From: Saccharolobus sp. E5-1-F
GTDB lineage: Archaea; Thermoproteota; Thermoprotei_A; Sulfolobales; Sulfolobaceae
DNA: 32,000 nt
Reading direction: 5' to 3'
Assembly: GCF_009601705.1 (NCBI RefSeq)
Contig: NZ_CP045687.1
Coordinates: 95,527-127,526, forward strand
The position numbers and the translations under genes were made by a program. The notes below the pieces were generated by a model. That model had not been told where the DNA came from and did not search any database. It saw only the letters and a program-made list of their open reading frames with translations. Of the stretch, positions 1 through 9,667 are shown in pieces. Every line of letters starts with the position of its first letter. Positions within the stretch are counted from its first letter, which is position 1.

Positions 1-1247
1 ATAAGCCTTATTACGTTATCCCATCGTCCAGCTTTATACACTAGCAATCCACTTTTTAACGCTTCTTCTATAACTATCTTTGTTCCTTCGCTCCAAGGTT
101 CCTTTCCTTCCTTAACTAGCTCTATTCCTACCATAAATCCTAATCCCCTTATATCACCTACATGGAGATTTTCAACTTCCCTTAATTCCTCTAAGATTTT
201 TTTGCCTAACCTATCTACCCTTTGAAGAATGTTATATTTTTCTATAAATTCTAAAGAAGCTAATCCGGCTGCTAATCCTAAAGGATTTCCCCTATAAGTA
301 CCAAGATGAAAGCCAGTAGGTAGTTTATTGAAATCTTCCCTATAAGCTACCATCGAAACTGGTATACCTTCACCTATCGCCTTGGAAATCGTCACTATAT
401 CTGGTTCAATATTTTCCCATTGATATGCCCACATCTTTCCAGTACGCCCTACACCAGTTTGCACTTCGTCAACTATTAATGGAACTGAGTACTTTTCCGC
501 TAATTCCTTAAGACCTTTAAGAAAACCTTTGGGTGGAACTACGTAACCGCCTTCCCCTTGTATTGGTTCTACTAGTATTCCAGCTACGTCACCGCCTAAA
601 TATCCAGGATTCGACATTGCGTAGTCTAATAAGCTTAATATTTCATTTAAACAATCCTTAAATGGACATCTATAAGGATAAGGATAAGGAAACTTCACTA
701 GTCTGTCGTCAAAGAACTGATTAAACTCCTTAAATCTATTAGCCCCAGTTAAACCTAAAGTACCGGCAGTTATCCCGTGATAAGACCCTTCAAAAGCAAT
801 TATTGTTTTCTTTCCAGTGATAAATCTCGCTATCTTCACTGCTGCTTCAACTGCATCTGCACCAGTCGTAGTAAATAATAGTTTAGCCTTAAATCCTAAA
901 GTAGATAATAACTTTTTGCTAAAATTAACTCTAGTCTCCGTTGGTATTTCTAAAGTGTGCCATACCCTTTCCAATTGCTCTTGAACTCTCTTCCTTATAA
1001 AGGGATTATTATGACCTAGATTAACTACTGATATCCCTGTGACCATATCAATGTATACGTTGCCATCAGCGTCGATTATGGTAGAACCTTGAGCTTTGTC
1101 AATTGCTATCTTAAAGTACTTAGGATAGTTTATGGCTGAAGTTTCACTCTCTTCTTGTTCTTTTAGCAACTTAACCGATTTAGGACCTGGCGGGGTAAAA
1201 TTAACTATTGGTGCTTCTAGTATGCTACCGTCTAAATTTTCTTCCAT
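1..1247 (-). CDS. Class-III PLP-dependent aminotransferase (4-aminobutyrate/ornithine aminotransferase-like); C-terminus runs off the window start
   Basis: Own translation of the minus strand from ATG (1247-1245): MEENLDGSILEAPIVNFTPPGPKSVKLL... It stays open for 415 codons to position 3. It is absent from the ORF track because no stop lies in the window. Motifs AFEGSYHG, VDEVQTGVGRTGKMWA and TISKAIGEG (PLP-lysine context) are typical of class III. Confidence 0.85.
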   Translation of the reverse strand, partial: MEENLDGSILEAPIVNFTPPGPKSVKLLKEQEESETSAINYPKYFKIAIDKAQGSTIIDADGNVYIDMVTGISVVNLGHNNPFIRKRVQEQLERVWHTLEIPTETRVNFSKKLLSTLGFKAKLLFTTTGADAVEAAVKIARFITGKKTIIAFEGSYHGITAGTLGLTGANRFKEFNQFFDDRLVKFPYPYPYRCPFKDCLNEILSLLDYAMSNPGYLGGDVAGILVEPIQGEGGYVVPPKGFLKGLKELAEKYSVPLIVDEVQTGVGRTGKMWAYQWENIEPDIVTISKAIGEGIPVSMVAYREDFNKLPTGFHLGTYRGNPLGLAAGLASLEFIEKYNILQRVDRLGKKILEELREVENLHVGDIRGLGFMVGIELVKEGKEPWSEGTKIVIEEALKSGLLVYKAGRWDNVIRL

Positions 1248-1565
1248 ATACTAACTTCCTTGAACTGTTTAAAAAAGATCAACTATCATGTATATTCGGT
1301 CTAAGTATTACCTCGAGGATCAATCTGAAAAGCTGTAATAATTTCTAAAATAGATACAGTTTAAACTAGTACAATCTTTGTTACTAGAAATATGATAATC
1401 TTAAATAATACTAAATAAAAACTGAAGATAGCAATTTAAATTTTCCATTATCCGAAGTTAGGTAGCTTTGTTGAAAAAAGATATCCACATTTACGGGAAT
1501 TTAAATATTTTAAAAATTTGATAGTAGTAAGGTTTTTAAGCACCTTATATACCACACTACTTAAA

Positions 1566-3155
1566 ATGCCAGATAAAAATCAATCTGTTTTCATAAGACA
1601 ATCTTCTGGATTAGTAAGAGAAGTTAGTCCATGGACATCATTTTTCGCTACATTTGGGCTAGTAACGGGCGGAATACCCATATTGATAGTTTCATGGCTT
1701 TATCTTGCTCCGGGCGCAAATTGGACTATATCTTACTTGATATCACTGTTACCTACTTTAGGAATGGCATTTCTTTTTTACATTGCGTCAATTTCAACCC
1801 CTAGATCAGGTGGGGATTACGTATTTCAGGCTAGATCGTCACATTCCTTAGTAGCGTTTGTCAACTATTGGGCCCTATGGATAGCTTTTGCACTGTCTTT
1901 AGGACTATATAGTTATTTAGGTGCGCAATGGTTTGCTTATTTATTTAGCGGTTTAGGGCTTTTTTACAATAATCAAATATTAATAAACTTAGGCTCATTT
2001 TTTACCACAACTCTAGGGAGTGTAATAGTAGGCATAATAATACTTATTATTGGAGCAATTGTAGCCTCGATAGGAAAATATGGTTGGAACTTCGTATTTA
2101 TAACCGGCGTTATATCCATACTCTCGACGATAGTTACATTCGTGGCTTTAGCCTTAATAACCCCTTCACAGTTCTCTAATGCATTATCATCTTTTACTGG
2201 AGTAAATAACGCATACAACGAAGTCATATCCACTGCTACTTCAAATGGCTTAAGTTTTGTATCCCCATTTTATGGAGCCTTCCTAGCAATTCCAGTAGTA
2301 TGGTATTATTATGTATGGTATAATTTACCAGCATCTTGGAGTGGAGAGATGAAGAAAGTAAAGTATAATTCACTATTAGGTATAGTCATTGCAGTATTAT
2401 TCATAGGAGTCTATTATATTCTATTTACCTTCCTTAATCTTCACGCCTTTGGTGAGAGATTCTTAACATCTTGGTCATTCATTTCCGCAAATTCGTTAAA
2501 TAGCACAGTTTATAATGATCTTAGTAGCATGGGCACGTTCACTCCTTTCTTCGCCTTATTAGTAAACCATGATGTACTTTTATACATTATAATGTGGATA
2601 GCTTTCTGGTTACCTAATTTCTACAGTAATCCCCCCTTAGTTGTCTCCTTAACCAGATATCTGTTTGCGTGGGCGTTTGATAGGATAATGCCAGAGAGGT
2701 TAGCTGATGTAAATGAAAGGTTCCATATACCACTAATCTCAACCATAATCACTGTAATTATTGGTTTAATAGGAGTACTACTTTACGCATATTTACCAGC
2801 AATATCAATTGTAGATGTAACAGTGATATTCGAAATAAGCTATGGAGTTTTCGCCCTAACTACTGCATTATCACCTTTCATAAAGAAGAACTTCTTCAAC
2901 AGAGTCGTACCTATTAAAAGTATAAGAAACATTCCGCTAGTATCTTTAATAGGATTTCCTGTGTTTGGATTCCTTCTTTATGCGTTATATCAAACCTGGG
3001 GAAATCCAATATTGCTTCCAATAAACTTCCCTACAATACTTTCATTAGTAATAATATATGCAAGCGGAATTATGATTTATACAATCTCATACATCATTAA
3101 TAAGGAGAGAGGAATACAAATGAACTTAATTTTTGAGGAAATACCACCAGAATAA
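1566..3155 (+). CDS. APC-superfamily amino acid/polyamine permease
   Basis: ORF track 1518..3155. I prefer the ATG at 1566 ([12 protein letters not shown]...) over the TTG at 1518. About 12 hydrophobic helices and a permease-like N-terminal segment. Family-level call only. Confidence 0.7.
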   Translation: MPDKNQSVFIRQSSGLVREVSPWTSFFATFGLVTGGIPILIVSWLYLAPGANWTISYLISLLPTLGMAFLFYIASISTPRSGGDYVFQARSSHSLVAFVNYWALWIAFALSLGLYSYLGAQWFAYLFSGLGLFYNNQILINLGSFFTTTLGSVIVGIIILIIGAIVASIGKYGWNFVFITGVISILSTIVTFVALALITPSQFSNALSSFTGVNNAYNEVISTATSNGLSFVSPFYGAFLAIPVVWYYYVWYNLPASWSGEMKKVKYNSLLGIVIAVLFIGVYYILFTFLNLHAFGERFLTSWSFISANSLNSTVYNDLSSMGTFTPFFALLVNHDVLLYIIMWIAFWLPNFYSNPPLVVSLTRYLFAWAFDRIMPERLADVNERFHIPLISTIITVIIGLIGVLLYAYLPAISIVDVTVIFEISYGVFALTTALSPFIKKNFFNRVVPIKSIRNIPLVSLIGFPVFGFLLYALYQTWGNPILLPINFPTILSLVIIYASGIMIYTISYIINKERGIQMNLIFEEIPPE

Positions 3156-3167
3156 CCAACTCCCTTC

Positions 3168-3191
3168 TTTACTTTTTTCATCTTCTTTTTT
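3168..3191 (+). terminator. Candidate archaeal T-tract terminator after the permease gene
   Basis: Two T6 runs (3173-3178 and 3186-3191) lie directly after the stop at 3155. Archaeal termination commonly uses oligo-T. Confidence 0.3.
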
Positions 3192-3233
3192 GATATTTAA
3201 TTTTAAATACAAGTTAATCATATTCTAACTCTT

Positions 3234-4208
3234 GTGGGGCTATTCAAAAGGAATAATCCAGATTCAAACAAGATAGGTGGCCTTAAGATATTATTCACAA
3301 GTGACCTTCACGGTTCTGAAACAGCTTTTAGAAAATTCCTTAATGCGGCTTTAATGACAAAAGCTGATACGTTAATCATAGGAGGAGATCTAGCTGGCAA
3401 ATCGTTGGTTCCAATAATAGATGTAGGAAATGGCAAGTTTAAGGTAGAAGATAAAATTGTGGGAAAAGATGGTTTAGATGAAATTATCAAGAAATACAAA
3501 TCTTCTGGGGTTTATTATACGATAGTTGACCAAAAAGGTCTTACAGAATTGAATGAAAATCGAAAAGCGTTAGATGAGGAATTTATGAGGGTAATACTAG
3601 AGAGATTAGAAGAGTGGGATAGGATAGCCGAAGAAAAGTTGAAGGGAACAAATCTAAAAATCTACACGAACTTAGGCAATGACGATCCCTTATACATGTT
3701 TGATGTTATAAGCAAGAGCGAAAGAATGGTGAAATGTGAGGGAGAAATTGTCAATATAAATGGATACGAGATGATTACTTTCGGCTATGTTAATCCCACA
3801 CCATGGAACACTCCAAGGGAGATGACAGAAGATCAAATCTACTCTAATCTAAAGCAGATGATAGAGAAAGTTGAGGATCCTACTAAGACAATTTTCAACT
3901 TACATGCTCCACCATATGGTACAAATTTAGACAATGCACCATTATTAGATAAAACGTTAAAGCCTGTAGTAAAAAATGGTGAAATAGTAATGACGCATGT
4001 AGGCTCTACGTCAATAAGGAAATTGGAGGAGGAATTTCAACCCTTATTGGGTATTCATGGACACATTCACGAATCAAGAGCATTTGATAAGATAAATAAG
4101 ACTATTATTATTAATCCAGGTAGTGAGTATAATTTGGGAATGTTGCATGCAACATATATAATCTTGGAAGACAATAAGATAAAAACACATCAATTTGTTA
4201 TAGGGTGA
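3234..4208 (+). CDS. Calcineurin-like metallophosphoesterase
   Basis: Ordered motif set SDLHG (DxH), GGDLAGK (GD), LGNDD (GNx), LHAPP and HGHIHES (GHxH). GTG start. Confidence 0.85.
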   Translation: MGLFKRNNPDSNKIGGLKILFTSDLHGSETAFRKFLNAALMTKADTLIIGGDLAGKSLVPIIDVGNGKFKVEDKIVGKDGLDEIIKKYKSSGVYYTIVDQKGLTELNENRKALDEEFMRVILERLEEWDRIAEEKLKGTNLKIYTNLGNDDPLYMFDVISKSERMVKCEGEIVNINGYEMITFGYVNPTPWNTPREMTEDQIYSNLKQMIEKVEDPTKTIFNLHAPPYGTNLDNAPLLDKTLKPVVKNGEIVMTHVGSTSIRKLEEEFQPLLGIHGHIHESRAFDKINKTIIINPGSEYNLGMLHATYIILEDNKIKTHQFVIG

Positions 4209-4285
4209 TCCAATAGTAAATAGTAGTGATATATATTAGTTTAAAGAACTAGTCCAACTTAATTAGCTTTTCGTGTTAGTATCTT

Positions 4286-5617
4286 TTACCCTCGAAATTC
4301 CTTATCTGCTTCCTTTAATATATCATCTATAGCGTTTATACCATCGTCTATCTCCTCCTTATTAATTATTAAAGGAGGTGAAATTATAAACCATGACGGA
4401 CCATTATAAACATAAATATTCTTCTCTAACAGTAGTTTTCTAGCTAACACATCTACAAAAGTAGATCTACCCTCATACTTATCCTCATACCCTCCAAATG
4501 GAGTATTATTCTTATCCTTTACCAACTCAACTGCCCAAAATAATCCAACCCCTCTCACATCACCAATACTTTTATGTCTCTCTTTCAATTCTTGAAGCCT
4601 TTTACCCAAGTAGTCCCCCATTATCTTTACGTGAGATAGAATGTTAAGCCTCTCGTATTCCTCTATTACTGCAGGAATAGCAGACAATGAAACTGGATGG
4701 GCCTCAAAAGTATGTCCATGAGCGAAAACTTCATCTTCAAAGAACTCTCCTATCTCTTTACTCACACCGGTTATTCCTATTGGTACGTAAGATGCGGAAG
4801 CACCTTTAGCAGTAGTCAATATATCTGGCTCGATATTCCATAAATTCACAGCGAACCATTCTCCTACTCTTCCCCAACCTGTCATAACTTCATCAGCAAT
4901 AAATAAAACGTCATTCTCCTTAGCTATTTTCCTCATTAAAGGCATGTACTCTTTAGGAGGAACTATAACACCATTCGTACCAGTTATCGGTTCGATGATC
5001 ATTGCTACTACGTTCTTTTCTTGTTTAATAACGTAATCAACATAGTTCGCACATGCTATTCCACAATCAGGGTATTTTAGCTTAAGTGGACATCTAAAGC
5101 AATAAGGTTCTGGTATCCTCACAACTCCTGGCATGGTATTGGGCTCAACGAACCATCTTCGATAATCTCCAGTCAAGGATATTGATCCCTCAGTAGACCC
5201 ATGATACGACCTATACCTAGCTAAAACCTTATATTTAGGCTTCTTGTAAAGCCTAGCTATTTTTATCGCCGCTTCGTTAGCCTCAGTACCAGAAGTAGAA
5301 TAGAAAAACTTACCAATGCTTCTAGGCATAACCTTAAGTAAAGCTTTTGTCGCCTTTGCCCTAACATCCGCACCGAAAGAGGGATTTATATATTGTAACT
5401 TATCCAATTGTTCTTTTATACTATTTATAACTCTTTCATTTCCATAGCCCAAATTTACGTTAACGAATTGTGAGGAAAAATCCAAGTATCTCTTTCCCTC
5501 TATATCATAAAAGTAGACTCCACTTGCACTGGACACAATTATGGGATCCCAGCCCTTTTGTTTACTCCACGTTTTAAAGGTATGATCTCTAATAATCTTC
5601 TTATACTCTTCTTCCAT
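4286..5617 (-). CDS. Class-III PLP-dependent aminotransferase (omega-amino acid / beta-alanine-pyruvate type)
   Basis: Motifs YRSYHGST, ADEVMTGWGRVGEWFA and TTAKGASA (PLP Lys). The track ORF starts at GTG 5638. The ATG at 5617 (MEEEYKK) lies about 26 nt downstream of an A/T box (minus-strand AAAGTTTATAATG, 5638-5650), so a leaderless start is likely. Confidence 0.9.
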   Translation of the reverse strand: MEEEYKKIIRDHTFKTWSKQKGWDPIIVSSASGVYFYDIEGKRYLDFSSQFVNVNLGYGNERVINSIKEQLDKLQYINPSFGADVRAKATKALLKVMPRSIGKFFYSTSGTEANEAAIKIARLYKKPKYKVLARYRSYHGSTEGSISLTGDYRRWFVEPNTMPGVVRIPEPYCFRCPLKLKYPDCGIACANYVDYVIKQEKNVVAMIIEPITGTNGVIVPPKEYMPLMRKIAKENDVLFIADEVMTGWGRVGEWFAVNLWNIEPDILTTAKGASASYVPIGITGVSKEIGEFFEDEVFAHGHTFEAHPVSLSAIPAVIEEYERLNILSHVKIMGDYLGKRLQELKERHKSIGDVRGVGLFWAVELVKDKNNTPFGGYEDKYEGRSTFVDVLARKLLLEKNIYVYNGPSWFIISPPLIINKEEIDDGINAIDDILKEADKEFRG

Positions 5618-5695
5618 ATTCAATATCTTATAACACACATTATAAACTTTTTACAGTTATAGTTGAAATTAATAAAAAATTGTATATCTCCAATA

Positions 5696-6919
5696 TTATT
5701 GGTGGTCTAAAAGTTCCACAGTCTTCTCAAGAACTCTTAACCCATTTAACATATCTTCATCTGAAGAAAACTCTTCCTTTGCGTGACTAATGCCTAAATG
5801 AGATGGAATAAATATCATACCAACTTTAGAGATCTTAGCCATATACTGTGCGTCATGCCCAGCCCAACTGTACATAAGCTTATATCTCATACCTAACTCT
5901 TTACACGCTCTTTCAATAATAGTAATAACTTCTTCAGAGAAACTCACAGGGTTAGCTGTCCACAAATGTTTATATTCTATTTCTAATCTCTCATCATCAG
6001 CTATCCTCTTGGCAATCTCAACTAGTTCACTTATAGCCTGATCTATCTTATTCTTCTCGACGCTCCTAACGTCAACAGTAAGTCTAACTTCCCTAGGTAT
6101 AGCGTTATATACATTTGGTTTAACGTTAAGTATACCTACAGTTGCCCTTAAGTTTTCCTGTCTCTTTGCGTAATCCCTAACACTGGTTACGAATTTTGAG
6201 GCTCCAACTAAGGCATCCCTTCTTCTATTCATTGGTGTAGGTCCAGCTTGATTAGATTGCCCCTTAAATACTATCTCATATATACTTAAACCAGCAATCC
6301 CTAAAGGTATTCCAATTTGATATCCTTCCTCCTCCAAAACCGGTCCTTGTTCTATGTGAAGCTCTAAATAGTACTTAGGCTTCCTATACATTAATCTATT
6401 ACTCTCATCTCCCATAAAACCCGAAACCCTTAATGCCTCCTCAAAACTCGTATTGTCCTTATCTCTTCTCGAATACACGTAATTTTTATCGAAAACTCCA
6501 GTAGTTAATCCAGATCCTAGAAGTGAAGGTTGGAATCTAGCACCCTCTTCATTCGTGAAATCCACAAGTGTGATCGAATGGTTATACTTTATACCCCTTT
6601 CTTTAATACTCCGTAACAATTCAAGTCCTGCCATAACACCATAAAAACCATCATATTTTCCCCCATAAGGTACAGAATCCATGTGCGATCCAACCGCAAT
6701 AGTTTCATCTGATTTACCCCCTAACTCCCCGATTATATTTCCAGCATCGTCAACCCCTATTTCAACACCTATATTTGATAGAAGTTTTATTAGTTCCTTT
6801 CTAACTTTTATATCATATTCGCTTAATGCAAGTCTCATTACTCCCTCTTCAGTCCAACCTATGTTGGTTAATGAGTGAAAAGTTGTTAAAAATCTTCCTG
6901 GATCCATTAAATAATACAT
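5696..6919 (-). CDS. M20-family amidohydrolase of the N-carbamoyl-L-amino-acid hydrolase / allantoate amidohydrolase / beta-ureidopropionase group
   Basis: Motifs GSHMDSV, TNEEGARF, LHIEQGPVLE and WAGHDAQYM are the hallmark blocks of the Amidase_hydantoinase/carbamoylase (AmaB/HyuC/AllC) family. The start could be the ATG at 6919 or at 6907 (MDPGRF). Confidence 0.88.
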   Translation of the reverse strand: MYYLMDPGRFLTTFHSLTNIGWTEEGVMRLALSEYDIKVRKELIKLLSNIGVEIGVDDAGNIIGELGGKSDETIAVGSHMDSVPYGGKYDGFYGVMAGLELLRSIKERGIKYNHSITLVDFTNEEGARFQPSLLGSGLTTGVFDKNYVYSRRDKDNTSFEEALRVSGFMGDESNRLMYRKPKYYLELHIEQGPVLEEEGYQIGIPLGIAGLSIYEIVFKGQSNQAGPTPMNRRRDALVGASKFVTSVRDYAKRQENLRATVGILNVKPNVYNAIPREVRLTVDVRSVEKNKIDQAISELVEIAKRIADDERLEIEYKHLWTANPVSFSEEVITIIERACKELGMRYKLMYSWAGHDAQYMAKISKVGMIFIPSHLGISHAKEEFSSDEDMLNGLRVLEKTVELLDHQ

Positions 6920-7094
6920 TCATTAATTATAGCTAAAAATTTTTAACGACGTTATTTAGGGGGTTTAATAGTAGTTTCTTCTTCTTTAAAACGAGTAGCC
7001 CTTTCTTCCTTAAGATCTCTAAGGAATCAGCGTACTTAGATCTCAGTGTAATCCTTATATCGTCTACAGAAGTTTCATTATTTGTCTATACACT

Positions 7095-7245
7095 TTCATC
7101 CTATTTAGGTCATCCCGCTAATGGAGTGGAGAAGGATGAACAGCTTTGTCCGGGACTTTGGTGAAGCCCAAGGGCTGAGAATTGGATTCATGAAAATTCA
7201 ATGAACCCTAAATTCCCACAGCATGGTTTAATGTTCATTGAAGAA
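7095..7245. other. G+C-elevated non-coding core inside a 530-bp gene-free gap (candidate structured RNA or decayed gene remnant)
   Basis: By my count 7111..7180 has 38/70 G+C (about 54%) against a background near one third. No ORF of useful length on either strand. Local hairpins: AGCCC-AA-GGGCT (7165-7176), TTCATCC (7095-7101) or TCATCC (7110-7115) versus GGATGAA (7134-7140), and TTCAATGAAC (7197-7206) versus GTTCATTGAA (7233-7242). Confidence 0.3.
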
Positions 7246-7448
7246 AATGTGAATAAGTTTATCAATTGGTTATAGGGTTTAGATAAGGTTGGATTAAATT
7301 TAATGAGTTACTAAGACATAAGAAGGAGAAAAAATAACTTTTAAAGTTTAGTATGTATTCTAAATTTAAACTAGTTACTACGATTCACCCTTTTTTAACA
7401 AACTAGTAAACGTAATAATTTATATATATCAAATTATATTCTCTCCAC

Positions 7449-8707
7449 ATGTCTGGGAATTTAAGATGGAAGATCGTTTTGATTGTGTTTGCGTTAATTA
7501 TAGTAGACTACATAGATAGGGGATTAATAAATACTGCATTACCAGTACTAAAGAGTGAATTTCATATAAGTTCTTTTGAAGCAGGAGTCATAGGAAATGG
7601 TTTCACTTTTGGGTATCTTATAATGAACCCATTAGTTGGATACCTTTTAGATAAATATGGGCCTAAAAGGATTTTCACTAGATTCGCAATCTTCTGGGGA
7701 GCTGTGCAAACTGTTAATGTGTTTGCTTTCTCTGCTTTTTACTTTATAGTAACTAGAGTATTGCTAGGAATTGGAGAAGCAGTTGGTTTCCCTGGAGTTA
7801 CAAAGATAGTCGCAAACTGGTTAAGAAAAGATGAAAAAGCTAGAGGTGGTACGATTTCAGACTCTGGAGTGAATTTAGGGATAGTTTTCAGTTCCTTATT
7901 TATGTTAGGATTGTTTTCAATAATTCCTAGTCGAGAATTGGCATGGAGGTTGGGATTTTTAGTTAGTGGTCTTTTGGCTATAGTTCTCGCTATCGTATTG
8001 GGTCGTCTCTTACACGATTTACCAGAACAGCATCCGAAGATTTCTAAAGAAGAATTAGATTACATCTTATCTGGCAGAGAAAAAGTTGACGTAAAAACTA
8101 AGCTACCATTGTCGTATTGGTTAAGTAATAAGAATTACTGGGGATATATGCAAGGTTTAGGAGCACAAGCAGGAATATTCTTCGGCCTATTCACTTGGTT
8201 ACCTTTATATCTTTTTATGCTAGGCATCTTTCTCTATCCTTTACGTTAGAATATACTGCATTAATATGGAGTTTTGGCTTCATAGGAGAGATAGTAGGAG
8301 GTTATGTTGTTGACAAATTAATTAAGAGAAATCCTAATTTAGGTTTCAAAGCAGGGTTTGCAGTCAGTTCTTTATCAGTTACTATAGGTCTTGCTGCTGC
8401 TACTCTAGTTTCATCATCTGCGGAAGCAGTTGAAATATTGATGATAACCTTCTTCTTCTTAAGATGGTCGGGTATTCAGTGGGCTGCACCATCCTTTTTG
8501 GTTTCCTCTGAATTAGCTGGTCAATTTGGCGGTCATATTGGATTTTGGGAAACTCTATGGGGAATAGTAGTACCAATAGTGTTTGGTGCTACTGTGCAAG
8601 TTACTGGAGCATATCTCTTAGGAATGGAAATTCTGATTGGAATAGGCCTTATATACTTCATAGGTACTGTAATAGTAACTAGTTATAAACAAATAAAGGT
8701 GAGCTAA
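7449..8707 (+). pseudogene. MFS transporter (anion:cation symporter / hexuronate-galactonate-type), split by a frame change
   Basis: Two track ORFs (7449..8249 and 8195..8707) overlap in different frames and together make one 12-TM MFS protein. MFS motif A is present (GYLLDKYGPKRIF). The junction ...FTWLPLYLF / ARHLSLSFTLEYTAL... falls at the T5 run 8212-8216. The downstream frame is -1 relative to the upstream frame. Confidence 0.75.
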
Positions 8708-8710
8708 AAA

Positions 8711-9667
8711 TTGTGGAAAGTATTTTTTCTTAATGGGAATTTCGTCAAAGAAAGTGTTAAAGATGAGCTTCCTAAACCGAATGAAGTAAAGGTTTTTCCT
8801 AAATACATAGGAATATGTGGAACTGATAAGAATATTTACTTAGGTAAAAAGCCTGTTAAGGAACCACTAGTCTTAGGACACGAAATATCTGGAATAACTG
8901 AAAAAGGGGAAAAGGTAGCTATTTTTCCAAATTACTGGTGTGGTTACTGCAATAATTGTAGAAGAGGATTTTATAATAGTTGTAAGAATAAGATATCAAT
9001 TGGAGTTAACGCTGATGGTGGAATGGCAGAATATATCAACGTACCTAAAGATTTCGTATTTAGGATTCCCGACACCTTAGATTTGAAATTAGGTGCTTTA
9101 ATAGAACCTACTGCAGTTGCTATTTCTGCAGTAAATAAAATAGACAAGGGTATAGAGAAAGTAATAATACTAGGTGGTGGTAGTACTGGAGCACTAATAT
9201 CAATAATAGCTGAAATAAATGGTTTAGAAGCATTCATAATAGAGAAGGATAAGAAGAAAGAAAGCGTGCTTAGAGAGAAGGGCTTTAGAGTAACCAGTGA
9301 ATTAGAGTTTAATGAAAAAATAGCGGTTATAGACACCATAAATAGTGAAGAAAGTATTGCATTAGCGCAAACTATTCTCAAAAACTCAATAGCTAGATCT
9401 GAGCTAATAATTACTGGATTAGATAAGGAACAAATTCTTTTAAATAGAGATATTATAGTTAGAAATGAAGTAGTTATTAAAGGCTCAATCATATATAGTA
9501 AAGATGATTTTTTGGATTCTATAAAAATTGTTAATGAAAACAAAGAAAAATTCCAAAAAATAGTAGATAAGGTAGGTTCGATAGATAACATTAATGAGTG
9601 GTTTAGGAAATACGTAATAGAAGAACCTAATATAAAAGTATTAGTAAAAATGGATTCTATTAAGTGA
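8711..9667 (+). CDS. Zinc-dependent medium-chain alcohol/polyol dehydrogenase
   Basis: GICGTD and GHEISG (catalytic Zn ligands), CGYCNNCRRGFYNSC (structural Zn, CxxCxxCx7C) and ILGGGSTGAL (GxGxxG). TTG start with GGTGAG SD at 8698-8703 inside the end of the MFS gene, so it is likely co-transcribed. Confidence 0.88.
   Translation: MWKVFFLNGNFVKESVKDELPKPNEVKVFPKYIGICGTDKNIYLGKKPVKEPLVLGHEISGITEKGEKVAIFPNYWCGYCNNCRRGFYNSCKNKISIGVNADGGMAEYINVPKDFVFRIPDTLDLKLGALIEPTAVAISAVNKIDKGIEKVIILGGGSTGALISIIAEINGLEAFIIEKDKKKESVLREKGFRVTSELEFNEKIAVIDTINSEESIALAQTILKNSIARSELIITGLDKEQILLNRDIIVRNEVVIKGSIIYSKDDFLDSIKIVNENKEKFQKIVDKVGSIDNINEWFRKYVIEEPNIKVLVKMDSIK

Noticed and set aside
7133-7178. A possible C/D-box sRNA in the G+C-rich island: AGGATGA as the C box and CTGA at 7175-7178 as the D box.
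   Set aside because: The C box has a mismatch and no convincing D' or C' boxes exist (GGGA / GTGAAG). The second guide would be only about 8 nt, and the flanks cannot form a terminal stem.
6950-7300. An IS or MITE remnant in the long intergenic gap.
   Set aside because: I could not find terminal inverted repeats or flanking direct repeats beyond 6-7 nt (GGGTTTA at about 6960 and 7275), and there are no transposase-like translations. This cannot be excluded without a nucleotide search, so the region is kept only as an unexplained feature.
1361-7413. A shared TTTAAACTAGT(N)AC motif upstream of two transporter genes (about 1362-1375 and 7365-7378), plus AAACTAGTAAAC at about 7401-7412.
   Set aside because: ACTAGT-containing strings also occur inside coding regions (for example near 570, 4248 and 8870). 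The distances to the starts differ (about 200 versus about 80 nt), so there is too little evidence for a regulatory motif.
8205-8222. A programmed -1 ribosomal frameshift in the MFS gene.
   Set aside because: The zero-frame context is CTT TTT ATG, not an X XXY YYZ slippery heptamer, and I see no obvious downstream stem-loop or pseudoknot. A one-base deletion or sequencing error is simpler. It is kept only as an alternative in the pattern finding.
8971-9591. A 206-aa ORF antisense to the Zn-ADH gene, the longest unexplained ORF in the track.
   Set aside because: It lies entirely inside a well-supported gene on the other strand. Its composition (S/I/L/F-rich, no motifs) is what the reverse complement of an AT-rich coding frame yields, and there is no start context.
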